Of a stretch of DNA of 64,000 bases, positions 37,928-51,898 are shown piece after piece (within the stretch, counting starts at the first letter, position 1; each line of letters starts with the position of its first letter). Position numbers and translations under genes: made by a program. The notes beneath the pieces are model-generated. The model did not search any database. It had not been told where the DNA came from and was given only the letters and a program-made list of their open reading frames with translations. Origin of the DNA: Octopus vulgaris (lineage: Eukaryota); NCBI GenBank assembly GCA_951406725.2, contig OX597814.1, positions 23,436,001 to 23,500,000 of the forward strand. Reading direction: 5' to 3'.

Positions 37928-38099
37928 TACCAGATATAGGAGAAACTCCAGCGAGGGTCAATCAAGGAATCCCACAAATCCAGGATTACCCTGACCACCA
38001 ATGGCAACTCCTTTTCTGGAAAGTTTATCTCAAATTGGTTGTGATCCTTGCTAGCACTGCCAGGCTAGGGATTTCTGGAAATTGTCTATAGTAGTAAGG

Positions 38100-38438
38100 A
38101 GAGTAAAGCCCCACTTCGGTCATTAACGGCCATAGGATGCAGCCAGAAAGTTCCCCTCTGAGGCACAAGTCCAATCAAGATTGTTTATGGAAGACCAGCA
38201 GTCGTCCATGCATGCCAGTCTCCCCCCTCCACACCACTGACGTTATCCAAGGGAAAGGCAAAGGCTGATACAACTTGGCACCAGGGACATTGCAACTCAT
38301 TTCTACAGCTGAGTTAACTGGAGCAACATGAAATAAAGTATCTTGCTCAAGAACACAACACAGAGTCTGGTCCAAGAACAGAGCTCATTACCACATGATT
38401 GTGAGCCAGATGCTCTAACCACTGAACCATGTGCTTTC
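38100..38438 (-). mobile_element. CORE-like SINE family C with long 3' tail
   Basis: Homologous to 55374-55713; TSD CTATAGTAGTA (38086-38096, 38439-38449). Confidence 0.85.
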
Positions 38439-38469
38439 CTATAGTAGTAGTATTATGCTCAGATGTCAT

Positions 38470-39010
38470 CTGAAATAGACCAGCTAGTTCATCTTCATTG
38501 CAACCTAAAATTTACTTGAGAACATCGTCACACTTAATGACACCAAACTGCATCTCATCCAGGTCTACCCTGTTATGTGTCATGTCTGCAATAACTTTCT
38601 CCATGACCTTCCTAACCTGATACAGTGGTTTGATTCTTTTATAATTGCTTCTCTCTAAGGCATCTCCTTTGCCTTTGTGGCAATTTAAAATGGTACTGCT
38701 ATACCAGTTATATCATTGGGTATCACTCCTTGCATAACTTGATTAACAATCTGGGTTGGGTATTTTGAGCATCTCAGCAACTATCTCTGATGGATCTTTC
38801 CATCTCTCAATATCGTGAATCCCTTTATCTATCATGCTACTGCCAACTTGAATTGCTGGTCCCTCTGTAGGCTCAATATGAGGCAGCTTACCTTGTTCCT
38901 ATGCATTCTTTACATTCTAAACAGCCCTTCATAATAGCCTCTCGTAATAGCACACCCAAATAATTTTCTTGTTTTCCATATCAATGATGCATCTGTAGTT
39001 ACTATTCTAA
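38470..39010 (-). pseudogene. RTE RT N-terminal region remnant
   Basis: Broken translation PTEGPAIQVGSSMIDKGI...EIVAEMLK...IVNQV..GVIPND...NCHKGKGDALERSNYK.IK...KVMEKVIA...VDLDEMQFG. Confidence 0.8.
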
Positions 39011-41598
39011 GAACTTACTTTGCCTATATAGCCTCACTCATAAACTCATGAACCACTGTGGGGGTCTCATGTTGCTGCTCAGAAATAGAAATAGAAATAG
39101 CAGCCAAATTTTCTTTAGATCGAAACCTATTGCTTTAATATGCATTTTAAAAAGAGAATCTGGGACAGCTCAGATTTAGTATGATGTTTCCTAATATACT
39201 CTAAGGAAACAATGCTTTGCTTGGCTAGTGACGGTAATTTCACTCAGTCACCTAACTACTAGAGTAGTGGAAAATAAAAGTAAGCATACAAAAGTCAAAA
39301 GCAAAATCTGAATGTAATTCCTGTTTTAGTTAAGTTATTAAGAAACTTTTCAAAAGACATTGGAGCCAGCAACCTTAAGTGAAATCGAAAATGCTAAAAT
39401 TTCTTAAAGAGAATAACAAATTAGTATTCTAAGAAAGTACTAATGAGCTTAACAAATATTTCAACTCTTTTTTGCTTGTGAATACAATTCTGATTGGGTC
39501 TGAACCTCAGGCTGATTATCAATGTCAACTGAAATATCATAAAGAATTATTTAATCTTTTCTACTTCTTATCAATGTTAACTAATTTTATTTTTGTAACA
39601 TTCTGAAGAAAGATATATTTTCATATTAGATAAAGGAGTTAGTGCTACTTAGTATATAGATGGTGTCAGGGTTTTATTTTGTGGTTCTTTAATCAGACAG
39701 AAATGAATAAGTATGTGTTTATCCTTCAGCTCCCATAATTATCTCAAGAAAATATTATGTCTCTATACCACTTTCTTGCAACTATTTTATCTTGTAGATC
39801 TAAATAACTGTCATTGTTATCCAAGTATACACTTTTAACCAATCAAGTCATTTTGATTTAATGATATGCATTGCTCTTTCCTTTTTTTCTTTTCAGACAA
39901 AGGTCCGCTAATGATGAAGTGAACACATTGGAACATACTTTCCTAATGGAAATGTAGCTTGGCAGATTTTTCTCAACAATATGCTTTCGTCACTAAAGCA
40001 CTTTACATTTGATTTGTTTAGCTTTTACCTTTGTTACAATCAGTACTTCCTTAACTATAGGTGTACGTGATTATCAAGCTAATTGTCCATAATCAAGACC
40101 AGCTTACAATCTCTGTTAGAAAGACAAGAAATATTTTCATAGAATGATTGTTTCACTTCTCCAACTTTATCATCATAAATACTTTTGCTTCAGGATGTAA
40201 TTTACTCAGCAGCAAGCCACAAATTAGTGGCTAAGCACCAGAAATCTGAATCCTGTATCAACAATTAGCTTATCTTGTTTTTGTTATAGAGCTTCTGTGA
40301 CCTAATGGCGACATATAGCCTGTATATTATTGAACATTGCATGAAATGCAACTTATTTACATGAGAAAAGTTTTGTTTCTGTCATCATAGTAGCTACAGT
40401 AAATCTGTGATATTGTCAAATGTATAAAGTGTCTGTTTGCCAACAAAATCTCAACAGATATATTACAATAGGTTTTATCAATTTTCAAAGTGATTATACA
40501 GTCAATAGTCACAGATATCATTAATTAATTACATATCATTGCTTACATCTTTCCATCGTTGTTTCATCATTTCAAGAATTTGCATATATCACAACTAGTT
40601 TTGATATAGATTTTTATATTTACAGAGCTGCTACCGTCTTCAGTGATTAGTTGTTCTTACAGACATTACCTATTTACAGTTAGATTGAATGGTTCATTTG
40701 AGAGTTAAATGTCTTGACCCATGATTACAGCTCAGCATAAACTAAAAGATCATCAAAATTGAAATGAACTTTCTAAATCTTTGAGATCATAACAGTTCCT
40801 TACACAAACAGAAACCTCCAATTTTAACAACTGGAATAGACAAATCAATTGGCCATCTAAACAAAGAAAAGAAGAAAAAAAAATCATATTGATCCATTAT
40901 ATTTCAGTGTGGAGGTCTTGGAAACATTCAGCAATTTTCTCCCAAGTATCTCCGATAACAACTTTATATTGATTCATGAGTAAATCATTGCTTCTATGTA
41001 TCACTGTTACTCTGACCCAGCTAACCTTTCTAACCTGATGATATCTACAATACTTTAGCTCTTACTATGCATATGCATATGATAATCTATACTAGCACGA
41101 AAAAAGCAAACATTAAATGGTGTTATTGATGGTGATGATATATAAATGTATATTCATGAATTCAAGTATGCCCAAACAAATATTTGAAAAAGATGTCAAA
41201 CACACACGCAAATACATCTACTGGCTAAACATATACTACAAATATATGTATTGCTATTCTTATTAAACAGAGGAGTTGTTAAAATATAAAGCACCAACAA
41301 CAGCAGGAGCTTAACTACTTGCTTTTGTCTCATTCTAGTGCTGAATGCCACTAAAAATGGTACAATGATCAACATCAACATTTCTTTTAGGCCAAAAAAA
41401 TACCACAGTAAAGTGTACACTACTGAAGGCAGAAAGGTCAATGTATAATTGTCAAATGTTAGTGAGTGTGACTGATCAGTAAAGTCCCCTCTAAAGAAAC
41501 TATTAGGAAAAACGATATTGCAAAATAGATGCAAGAGCTGAACAAATGTTTAAGTTCAAATAACTCAAATGTGTAGTAGAACCACTAACACTAGTACC

Positions 41599-41831
41599 TA
41601 TTTCTTTATTACTCACAAGGGGCTGAACACAGAAGGGACAAACAAGGACAGACAAACGGATTAAGTCGATTATATCGACCCCAGTGCATAACTGGTACTT
41701 ATTTAATCGATCCCGAAAGGATGAAAGGCAAAGTCGACCTCGGCAGAATTTGAACTCAGAACGTAACGGTAGACGAAATACCACTAAGAATTTCGCCCGG
41801 TGTGCTAACATTTCTGCCAGCTCGCCACCTT
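41599..41831 (-). mobile_element. SINE family A, full length
   Basis: Matches family A; TSD CACTAACACTA(G/A)TACC (41583-41598, 41832-41847). Confidence 0.9.
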
Positions 41832-44599
41832 CACTAACACTAATACCAAATGCAGAATCAAACTATTTTAAGCACTGCTAACTCATGAAATACTCATCAG
41901 TAATATCAGTTATTTCTGTGCTATTATCTAGGATGGTTAGTTGGTCTATTTCCTTACACCTAGTTACTGATGGCCTATTGGGGTTCCAGTATCTTGGCTG
42001 TGGGTTCAAGATACAAACTCTATAATTAGCAGAATGTCTTTTTTCTTGGTGTCCTACCAACTCATCTGAGTTATCTTATAGTCAGAATATTCCTTTAATA
42101 TTATGATGATGATGATGATGATGATGATACTATCACTAATATTGCTGTGGTTAACTGAGCTCAGGAAAAACAGATAGATTTTATAACTGTTGCTTGTAAG
42201 GTGATGTGTGTAGTCTGATTTATTCAAATTACATTTAGACTGAGATTATAAGATTTCAGCCAATGGATTTTGGTTGGCAAATATGCCACAGAGTCAAAGT
42301 AAATTCCTTTCAAAAACATGCAAATGAGTCAAACTAAATTTCTTTCAGTTATTATGTTCCTCCCAGCATGTTTGACTTCTCATTTTTGTCCTCCATTCTT
42401 TTGGAGTCAATTAGATGAATGTTGATTCAGTTAACTATAAACTTTCTCTGCAAGTAATGGCTTATCTTTTGAATTTCTACATTATAAGTGACATGTGAAT
42501 TTCTGCATAAACAGATAACTCTGGCCCATGATTGTTGTAAGTTTTGATTTTTTGTCTAAAATACTACATTTTAACAGTATGTGGTAGAAATATGCAAACA
42601 ATAATAGCATACAAATCTATATATGAATAGACTGAAGTCTGTACATGGCTTACATGATATGCTTTTAAATTAAAGATGTACTGCTTCCCAAGAATATGGT
42701 TTTCTTTCTCACTTTATATTTACTCTACCAGTGTTTCTCTTGAAATCAGAGTTTTGCAACTTTTTCCTTGTCTGATTTTCAAGAATCCACTAATTTTTAC
42801 ATTTCATCTTGCAATGGATGCTATGCATGTAATTTTTCAGATCATTGATCTCTTGGGTGTGTATATTCTGCAGTGGGAGATATTTTCAGTATGTCAAATT
42901 ATACAGTCCAGAAAAGGTGAGAAATGAGTAGGGAACTACATATCCTACAACATTTAGTTTGTTTTTTTATGTCTATAATTCTAAGCTCAAAACCTATCAG
43001 AGCTAACTTTACTTCTTGTCCTTTAATAATACCAGACATTCTTTGGGAATCAATTGAATAAGTCCTGTCTTTGCAGATCAACACATGTAAGAAATCTATG
43101 TTACATAATGTACAGAAATGTTATCCTTTCTCAACCAAAGCATTGTTGAAAGGCAAAAAAAAAAAAAAAAATGAGATAGCAACAAGATTTTACACAAATT
43201 TTGAGAAATATACATAATTATGTAAGTCCTTCCTCACAGTGTTTTTTTAAAGTATCTTCATAGCATATTGTTTCAACAATAAAAAATGTTTACTAAATGA
43301 CATTTAAATCTATCATTTTTGTAATTACAAATTACTACTTGTTTTTTACTGATTTTTAAAAATTATTGTCGCTAAAATTGTTAGTAGCTATATTTTGATG
43401 AGAACGATAGCAAAATCCTATCCACTTACATTGACATTTATCGTTTTCCTTGGCAATTTAATATACATTAATCTATTTTGCTAACATTTCCCTTCTACTT
43501 AATTTGGTCAAAGTCCAACAGCTCAAACCATATTAATCATCTATCTTGCCTCTTGAATTAGCTATAATTCTTCACCATCTCCATGAAACCGATATTTATC
43601 AAACTCCTCTCATTTCTATACTAGCAGTTTTCTATGCTAGTTTGACTGATCACAATTCAATATTACTGAGTTGAGTACACTGATTATGATATTCACAAAT
43701 ATATGACATGTCATAACCCAGTGAATCTTTAGGCCATGACATAGACAATTAAGCTGAGCAGAGTTTATTTCTTATTATGGTTTAATTCAAAAACATACAC
43801 TTTGTAATTTTTATGGTAGGTAAATGTTTCATTAGGATAACATATTTTCCAAAAGCATTTATGATGGAAAAAAAAAACCGAATCAAGTGAAATGTCACCA
43901 ATTCAGTCCTTATTCTAGGATTTCCACAAAGCCTTTGAAGTCCATGAACAAATTTCAAGGCCTCTGTGAACTTGGATGTTAGAAATATTACAATTTGATT
44001 TTCATTATCATCCAACTGAAATTTAGCTTTTCATTCAGTAATGAATGTAGGTAATGAAGTGATATTTGAGCTGAAGGCCTTAAAAATGTTTAAGTGAAGC
44101 AGTAGTAGCCAAAGAAAATAATAATGGTCTGCAAGGGGAAAATACAAATACAAAATGTTTACAAAATAGAATAAATTTTCAATAAATCTTAGTCTCAAAT
44201 TTTATTATATTCTAAGAAAACAAAACAAGAATAAACTTGGTGCTATGAGGCATCTTTTTTCTCCAAAATGGATTAAAGAAAATCATCTAGAGAGGTACAC
44301 ATATATGACTATCTTACATATCTGATACTCTCATAACTGATTTTAAGAATAATTGTTATTCTTTAGAATATAATGTACATTCTTTATCTATATATCTTAT
44401 TTCATGCATTCTTTGCTACAAAGAGCACCAGACGTTCAAAAATGTTCAAAAGAAGTTCTTGACATGACAAATTCATAGAATTCTATAAGATTCCCAGACA
44501 CAAAACCTATATTATGGTTTCTAGACCCTCCACAAATAAAGGGATCATTAACTCAACTTCCCATAGGGATTATTTTCTAAAATCTTACCTGTACTCTTA

Positions 44600-45110
44600 A
44601 GAAATAAATTGGTACAAATATTGAATGAAACTATAGAAGAAATTCCAGGCATAGAAGCAAAACCAAGAATCTAGAGGCCTCAAGGTATACTTAACAAAGA
44701 CGGTCTGATAGGACGTCAGTATTGTCAAAATGCAGAAAAGGATAGGTATAAATTCCATTTGATGTACCCAATCTAAATTATGGATACACAAGAGATGTCA
44801 TGATATCACAAGCAGACTAACAGAGAAGCCAAGCTTTGTATATAGCAAATGTATTTGAGCTGTATGATAAATACACTGAAAAGAGATTCTCTTGAATACC
44901 TGTATGACTCACAAGAAGTAGTTGATAACTTTTGCAATCAATTACTTAGCCTCTGTTACCATCAAGGGAACTTGTTGCTCAGAAAGTATCGTAGCAAGAA
45001 TAAGAAACTGATTAATAATGTAGGGCGATACAGAAAACCCATCCATTCTTGACAATATGTAGCATGGTATAAGAACACTGTTTTAGAAGCTATGCAGGTG
45101 ATGTTACAAT
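44600..45110 (+). pseudogene. Old RTE ORF2 remnant (RT thumb / Zn-finger region)
   Basis: KFQA*KQNQESRGLKV...CQNAEK..GINSI*CTQSKLWIHKRCHDITSRL...EVVDNFC; homologous to ORF 58728-59372. Confidence 0.75.
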
Positions 45111-45216
45111 ATTTTTCAATCCTCATCAGTATTTTTAAATATTTAACACTATATTCTGAATACTATGTAAACTTAGTTCTCATTAGACAAGTAACTAATA
45201 TGAGATTTATCTACTT

Positions 45217-45430
45217 AAGGAGGCGAGCTGACAGAATCATAAGCATGCCGGGTGAAATGCTTAGTGGTATTTCATCTGTCTTCACGTTCTGAGTTCAAAT
45301 TCCGCTGAGGTCAACTTTGCCTTTCATCCTATTGGGAGTCGATAAATTAAGTACCAGTTGCGTACTGGGAATGATTTAATTAACTAGCTTCCTCCCTCCA
45401 AATTTCAAGCCTTTGCCTATGGTAGAAAGT
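45217..45430 (+). mobile_element. SINE family A variant
   Basis: AAGGAGGCGAGCTGACAG...GAGTTCAAATTCCGCTGAGG...GTCGATAAATTAAGTACC. Confidence 0.85.
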
Positions 45431-45959
45431 GTTATTTAGCTACTTAATTTAAATGCTTATTCATACCCACTGTTCTCTCCCCACAGTTTTTTCACCTCTT
45501 TGACATCCATCTTTTTTCCTTCTTTGGACTATCATTATGCTTCTTATTTCTTCAATGGACTTTCTCCTTGGGTTTTTTGTTACTCTTATGTATTTCCTCC
45601 ATTCTTGCTCCCTTTTCCTCACACCTTATATTCTTACTTTCCTTATAATGTAGGATGTTCCTCAACGCACCCCTCCTACACAACCTACCTTAACCCATTT
45701 CTACTTTGTCTCTCTTTTCCCCACTAACCTTTTAATAATATTCCTTTCCTTCTGTCCCCTGCCATCTCCCTCTCTCAAATATCTACTCTTTCATTCTCTC
45801 CACCAATATCACTCTCTCACAACTCTAAATCTGTTCCTCTCACCTTACTTTATGCTGTCTCATTACTCCACCTTGATCCCTAACCCTAACCTAAATTTTT
45901 TTCTTCTGTCCTCCTTTAGTTATAGGGTCACTTTAAGCCTCTAGTCTTGCATGCGCAAA

Positions 45960-46204
45960 GCAACCTCATTAGTGCATGAAAATAACACCTAATACTTTGT
46001 TAAGTGTTTGGCATTAGGAAGAGCATCTAGCTATAGAAACCTTGTGAAAACAAACATTGGGGTATGATGCAGTCCACTTTCTTGTCAAATCCTGTTAAAC
46101 CATGAAGCCCATGCCAGCATGAAAGAAAGCCATTGAATGATGATAATGATGATGATGATGACAACAATGATGATGATAATAATGCTGATGATGATGATGG
46201 TGAC
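45960..46204 (+). mobile_element. RTE 3' tail with (GAT)n
   Basis: TTGGCATTAGGAAGAGCATCTAGC...CCCATGCCAGCATG...(GAT)n. Confidence 0.7.
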
Positions 46205-46206
46205 AG

Positions 46207-46355
46207 TAACTGGTACTTATTTAATCAACCCCAAAAGGATGAAAGGCAAAGTCGACCTCGGTGGAATTTGAACTCAGAACGTAATGGCAGACGAAGACGA
46301 AATACCGCTAAATATTTTGCCCACTGTGCTAATGATTCTGCCAGCTCACTGCCTT
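46207..46355 (-). mobile_element. SINE family A, 5' part
   Basis: TAACTGGTACTTATTTAATC...GAATTTGAACTCAGAACG...CTGCCAGCTC. Confidence 0.85.
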
Positions 46356-46629
46356 GATAAAGTACACAATAGCAAATGTAAACGTACGTTAGCCACTAAA
46401 AAGTCCGTGATAGATGTAGGGCAGCTTTACATTGTATATTTATGTTAACCAGAGTAGGCAAGCAAAAGTGTGATCACATATTTGCTTCAACCATTGTCAA
46501 GGAATTAAGGCGACTTCAGCTGTTGCTTTGAGAAACTATCTGGAGGTGATCCTGTTGATTTAGATTTAGAATATTGTTTTAATACGTCTTAAAAGAACAT
46601 AAAAGGATATTCAAAACAGCACAAAATCA

Positions 46630-46900
46630 ACAAAGTTTGAACTTGCTATAAGATTTAAGTATCAATACATTAAAGGGACGAGATAATGCTTGTTCTAAAG
46701 ATTTAAGTATTAATATATGGAATAAACAAGATTGATACTTGTTATATGATTTGAGAATTATTACATTAAAGGAATAAGGTTTAAATTTGTTCTGAGATTT
46801 AAGCATTAATATTCCCAATATAAACAAGGATGATATGTATTCCAAGACTTAAGCATTAATATACAATCCAAAGAATGTTGATACTTGTTCAAAGATACAA
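46630..46900. repeat. Degenerate ~48-bp minisatellite (5-6 units, A/B alternation)
   Basis: Units begin CTTGCTATAAGATTTAAGTATCAATA / CTTGTTCTAAAGATTTAAGTATTAATA / CTTGTTATATGATTTGAGAATTATTA / TTTGTTCTGAGATTTTAAGCATTAATA. Confidence 0.75.
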
Positions 46901-47313
46901 GAGAATTTACAAGAACACCTAACAAAAGTGTAATAATTATATAATGGGAGATGTATTTCTAGGATTTGGAATTAGATTAGCTTCTTAGTGATCACATGAC
47001 ACAGTCTTTATATCAAAATAGAATTTGATTACAAAAGGGAAATTATGCTAAAATATGGGAAAAGGATAATTCAATATTTAATAATAGGTATTTAATATTT
47101 ATTTTCATGTTAACTTATTTGATATAAAAATTTTATTTTTGGAAAAAATTATAAAATCTTAATTGTATTTTTTTAGAAGCCAAAACAATGCGATATATAA
47201 AAATAGTTTTACCTGGTATTTCAATATTTCAAGATTTGGACCCCTACTTCAGAAAATCTTTGGAGAAAAGTTGGTATTTACTGACTTCTCTGTCCTGTAG
47301 AGTGTGTGAACAT

Positions 47314-49370
47314 AAGAAAGAGGTACAACTAGTAGTGTTAGGCAGAAACCTGAGCTGTTATGTATATGACAATAGGTGATGCTGGTGGGCATTCTTCCTA
47401 AGAAACTAGAAAGGCAGAGTGAGTGAAAGTTAGAGAACAGCAGACTATGGCAGAAATATTAACAACAGCATCTGATCCCAGAATTGGTTGTCCAGCATAA
47501 TATTAGTTAGGATTATTTTTATTATTGTTGTTGTTATTGCTCTTGTTTTCTTTTTGTACATCTTTTATATCTTGTAAGGGGATGGTCCAAACAATGGGCC
47601 TCAGTGCTGGGAAGATGTCATTTGCTTGATAGCACTCTCCAGAGTAAGTGAGATCTTCCAAAATGTGTAGTATTCTTGACAACATCTACCATTCCTATCT
47701 CAGGCAACATTGATATATTGCCCAGGATACAATTGAGGAACTTTTCAATTACTTTCTTCATGAGTCTCAGTGTTCCAGTGATCATCAATAATATTTTGGT
47801 CTTCATATTCCATATCCTACCGATTTCTGTCTTGAGATCTTTGTGCTTCATGATCTTCTCTGTAACTTATTATAAACATGAAGGTGATGAACTGGCAGAA
47901 TCATTACCATGCCAGACAAAAATAATTAATGGCAATTATTTTGGCTCTGCATTCTAAGTACTAATTCCACAAAAGATATCTATGCCTTCATGCTTTTGTG
48001 ATTGATAAAAATAAAGAGCAGTCAACTACACCAACTCCTCCCCATTGCAAAATTTCAGGTCTTGTACCTATAGTAGAATGAATTATTATTATTGCTATCA
48101 TTATCATTGTTGTTATTGCTTCTATTAGTATTGCTATTGTTAATATTGTTGTTATTATACATTTGCCATAAGCAGATGTACCTAGCAACAACCTCAAAAG
48201 AATTCATATATAACCATGATTACCTTCATGCTTTTATCATTATTACTATTAAGCTTCGAAACTCTTAAACTTTTGTCCACCTCATTTACTCTGGGATGGA
48301 AAAATTAAGAACTTCATTGTGACAGTTTTAATTATTTTATTTTGTAAACATTTGCTTGCTTGTATAACAATAAAGCTCCTTTATCTAGGGGAAGCAGAAA
48401 GAGGTGCTAAACACAAAGGTGGTGGTAACACGCACATCCTCTAAGATTTTTTAAGAAAATATATATTGAAGATTCTGATAATTCAAACAGAGATTGTAAA
48501 AGGAGGGCAAACATAGAGAACAATGATGAAGTAGACAAATAGATTCAATTAAAAAACAAAGCCATTGATACTTTGGAAAATAAACAGAAAAATCACATTC
48601 GTAATATCAGCACAGATTCTGGTGACAGCTGAAATTTGCATAATGCAAACAAGAACATTAGATAATCTTACCAGTGTTCTGTGCAACAGAGAAGTTTTGA
48701 ATATGGAACAGCTCTCTGCAAGAAAAGGAAAAGAATGTCAGAGAAACATGTTATGTAAACTTCTGCTTCTCTGTCTTACAGTTTTACCAAATAAAGGTTG
48801 TAAAGGAAAGCTGCTTGGCTCTATCCCTTGAAAAAGGGCTGGGATTTTTATATCTAAAAGGAATAGTTAAATGGAGTCCTAGCTGATGATTAGGATGATA
48901 TGGTCTACATGAGGCATGGTTCATTGGAAGAGGAGATGAGATTAGTTGACAGGCTGATCTGCTTTATCTGACACCAACCCACTTTGACAACATATGAAGG
49001 TAGAATAATACAAGAGTCTTGGACATAGCTTCAGATGTTGAACTTAAGTTTATGGTAATTATGCAGAAAGGTTGTGAGTACCAAGGTAATTGGAAATGAC
49101 ATATGGTCAAGTAGGGTCTGCATGGATATGTAGGTCCTAATGTTTTCTATAGAGTACAGAGCCATCTGAGAGTTGTACCTCATCATGAGTGTAAAGAAGA
49201 AAGAGATACAACTAGCAGTGTAAGGCAGAAACCTGAGCTGCTATGTATAAGACAATAGGTGATGCTGGAGGGCATTCTTCCCAAGGAACTAGAAAGGCAG
49301 AGCGAGTGAAAGTTAAGGGACCAGCTGACTATGGCAGAAATAGTGACAACAGCATCTGATCCCAGAATCT
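47314..49370. repeat. Pair of ~175-bp direct repeats ~1.9 kb apart
   Basis: 47314-47485 matches 49198-49370 (AAGAAAGAG.TACAACTAG...GGCAGAAACCTGAGCTG...ACAACAGCATCTGATCCCAGAAT). Confidence 0.85.
47510..47862 (-). mobile_element. R4/Dong-like RLE retrotransposon 3' end
   Basis: ORF 47618-47851 KHKDLKTEIGRIWNMKTKI...ITGTL...GRSHLLWRVLS matches the same C-terminal motif as 35248-35450; tail of AAT/AAC repeats at 47510-47540. Confidence 0.7.
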
Positions 49371-49479
49371 GTTGTTAACAAAACACTACCTATCACCACT
49401 ATGAAGACTACTGAGTGAGTCACCACAACTCCAGTGCCTGGATCCAAAAACCAAGAAGCCAACCAGGAAACTGGCAAGG

Positions 49480-49850
49480 TAGCCAATGACTAGGAAGCAA
49501 CTATGTTGACTGCCAAGTTTTTAGAGTAGATTTGAAAGATTTAGAGAAAAAATTCCAGTCATGGCAGCAAAACCTAAATTTGCAATGCCATAAAGTAATG
49601 TTTGCAGATACCAAAGTTAATATGTACAAAAGAAACAAGATTCTGCTTCCATGAGGGAAATGGCTATACTCTATAAATAGAAAAGAAGGAGGCAGAAGTC
49701 CCATACAGTGTGTCCAATATAAATTATAGACACACAAGACATATAATGGGATCACAGGTAGGCTAAAAGAGAAGATAGACTTGATATGAAGCAGGCATAC
49801 AGATACAGTCAGTACACAGGAAATAGATTCTATCAAAGGATGAATGTCAG
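49480..49850 (+). pseudogene. Old RTE ORF2 remnant
   Basis: DLEKKFQSWQQNL...KV...TKV...GKW...RKEGGRSPIQCVQYKL*THK...GITGRLKEKID. Confidence 0.7.
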
Positions 49851-50473
49851 CATTCAGTGCTTGAGAATCCATGCCAAAATGTGGAGGCCTGAGAAACAGA
49901 CATTGATATTACAATAGTAGTGAAGGCATATATAATATGCATTTGGGTCTTTTACCAATGGTCCTATTAAGTCCCATCACTTTGTTGTCCCCTCATCTGC
50001 CACTCCTCCTTTCTCCTATTCATTATATCATTCCACTTCTGTAACAGGGAATAATATCAGTTCTTTCTAAATCCATCATCCTGCCACCCTCCACCCATTA
50101 CTATGCCTGTTGAATGAGGGATGGCATCAGACCTATGCATACTCAAAAACTCCCTACAGACATCCTTCTGTAACGCTAGACATCACTCTTTTTTCCCCCA
50201 GTCCCTAATTATTGACAAATATCATATCTTCTCCTTCTTAACATCACCTACATTTATAACTCTCCATCACTCACTTTCTCTTTCCCACTAACCATCATCC
50301 ATCTTCATTGTTATCCATCACTCTGTCTCTCTCTTTCTGTCTGTCTGTCTGTCTGTCTCTCTCTTTCTCTCACTGTTCATTTATTTTCATCTATTGTTGA
50401 CATACATCATTCTCTCTCACTTCCACTTCTCTCCCTTTAATTACTCTGTTTCTCCATCTCATTCTCTCTCTTC

Positions 50474-50700
50474 CTATTTCTTAACAACCTACAAGGGGCT
50501 AAACACAGAGGGGACAAACAAGGACAGACAAACGGATTAAGTCGATTTCATCGACCCCAGTGCATAACTGGCACTTATTTAATTGACCCCAAAAGAATGA
50601 TAGTCGACCTCAGCGGAACTTGAACTCAGAACGTAACGGCAGACGAAATACCACAAAGCATTTCACCTGGAGTGCTAAGGTTTCTGCCAGCTCGCCACCT
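50474..50700 (-). mobile_element. SINE family A
   Basis: Matches family A; its tail motif CCTATTTCTTTACAACCCACA is repeated at ~50718-50738. Confidence 0.88.
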
Positions 50701-51326
50701 TTTTTTTTTCTTAAATACCTATTTCTTTACAACCCACATCTCTCTTTTCCTTCATCTTGCTGCCCATGCTAAGCTTCTGTTCAATCTCCTTACCAGCGAA
50801 ACTGCAACTACCATCACTGTTTCTCATCCATTTCTATTATCGTACTTTCTCTTTTGCCTTTCTCTCACCCAAGTTCTGCTATTGCTCTCTCTCTCTCTCT
50901 CTCTTCTGTCCTCCCTTTTGGTAACATTGCCTTGAGCAAATGAAGGCAATGTTGAAGAGTGAGAAGTTTTTTTGTCTTGCTGAGAACATGACAATTTCCC
51001 TTGTGCTAGTGTCATGATAACATGCATCCAGTACACTCTGTAAAGTGGTTGGCAATAGGAGGGACATCTAGTCACAGAAAACATACTAAAATGGAACTTT
51101 CAAGCTAGATGTGGTTCTCTGGTCCATCTCATATGGTAGAAAGTCCAAATAAGAACTGACTCCAACTGTGACTTCTTATACAACACATATCAGCGTGGAA
51201 ACAGGACACATGATGATGATGATAATGACGATGATTATGATAATGACGATGATGATGATGATGATGACAACGACGACAACAATGTCCACGAAGACAATGA
51301 TGACAACAACGACAACAACAACAGTA

Positions 51327-51535
51327 GTGGAGACGCAATGGCCCAGTGGTTAGGGCAGCGGACTCGCGGTTGTAAGAATGCGGTTTCGATTCCCAGACCA
51401 GGCATTGTGAGTGTTTATTGAAGATAAACACCTAAGCTCCATGAGGTCCGGTTGGTGGTGGTGGGGGTGGGGGCGGGGGGTTGAACCCTGCTGTACTCTT
51501 TAACCACAACTTTCTCTCACTCTTTCTTCCTACTT
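51327..51535 (+). mobile_element. tRNA-derived SINE family D (octopus OR-type-like), 5' part
   Basis: GTGGAGACGCAATGGCCCAGTGGTTAGGGCAGCGGACTCGCGG...GTTTCGATTCCC; homologous to 60237-60420. Confidence 0.8.
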
Positions 51536-51818
51536 CTGCCACAAAGCAGAGGAACCATGGTGTAACCCACTATGGTGTGGTAAACTTTCAGACCCTAATG
51601 TAGATTGCGAATCCTCTGTATTCCAGGATGGTTCAGCTCTCCACCCATAAAAGCCACCGTTTACAGAATGAGGATAACAATGTAGCTTTCATGCCCGTGC
51701 AATCGCGAGTCTGTTGTGTGCGGTGGGTGGATCTTCAAGTTGCCACATGCATTCTTAGGAGCTTAGAGTAGGCTCGAATCAGAGATTATCCATTGTGGTT
51801 AATGGCGTGAGTCCTGAT

Positions 51819-51851
51819 TGGAAGGAGGAGGAGGAGTAGGAAGAAGAAGAA

Positions 51852-51898
<47 letters not shown>

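Noticed and set aside
45878-45894. CCCTAACCCTAACCTAA telomere-like repeat
   Set aside because: Under three units; expected by chance.
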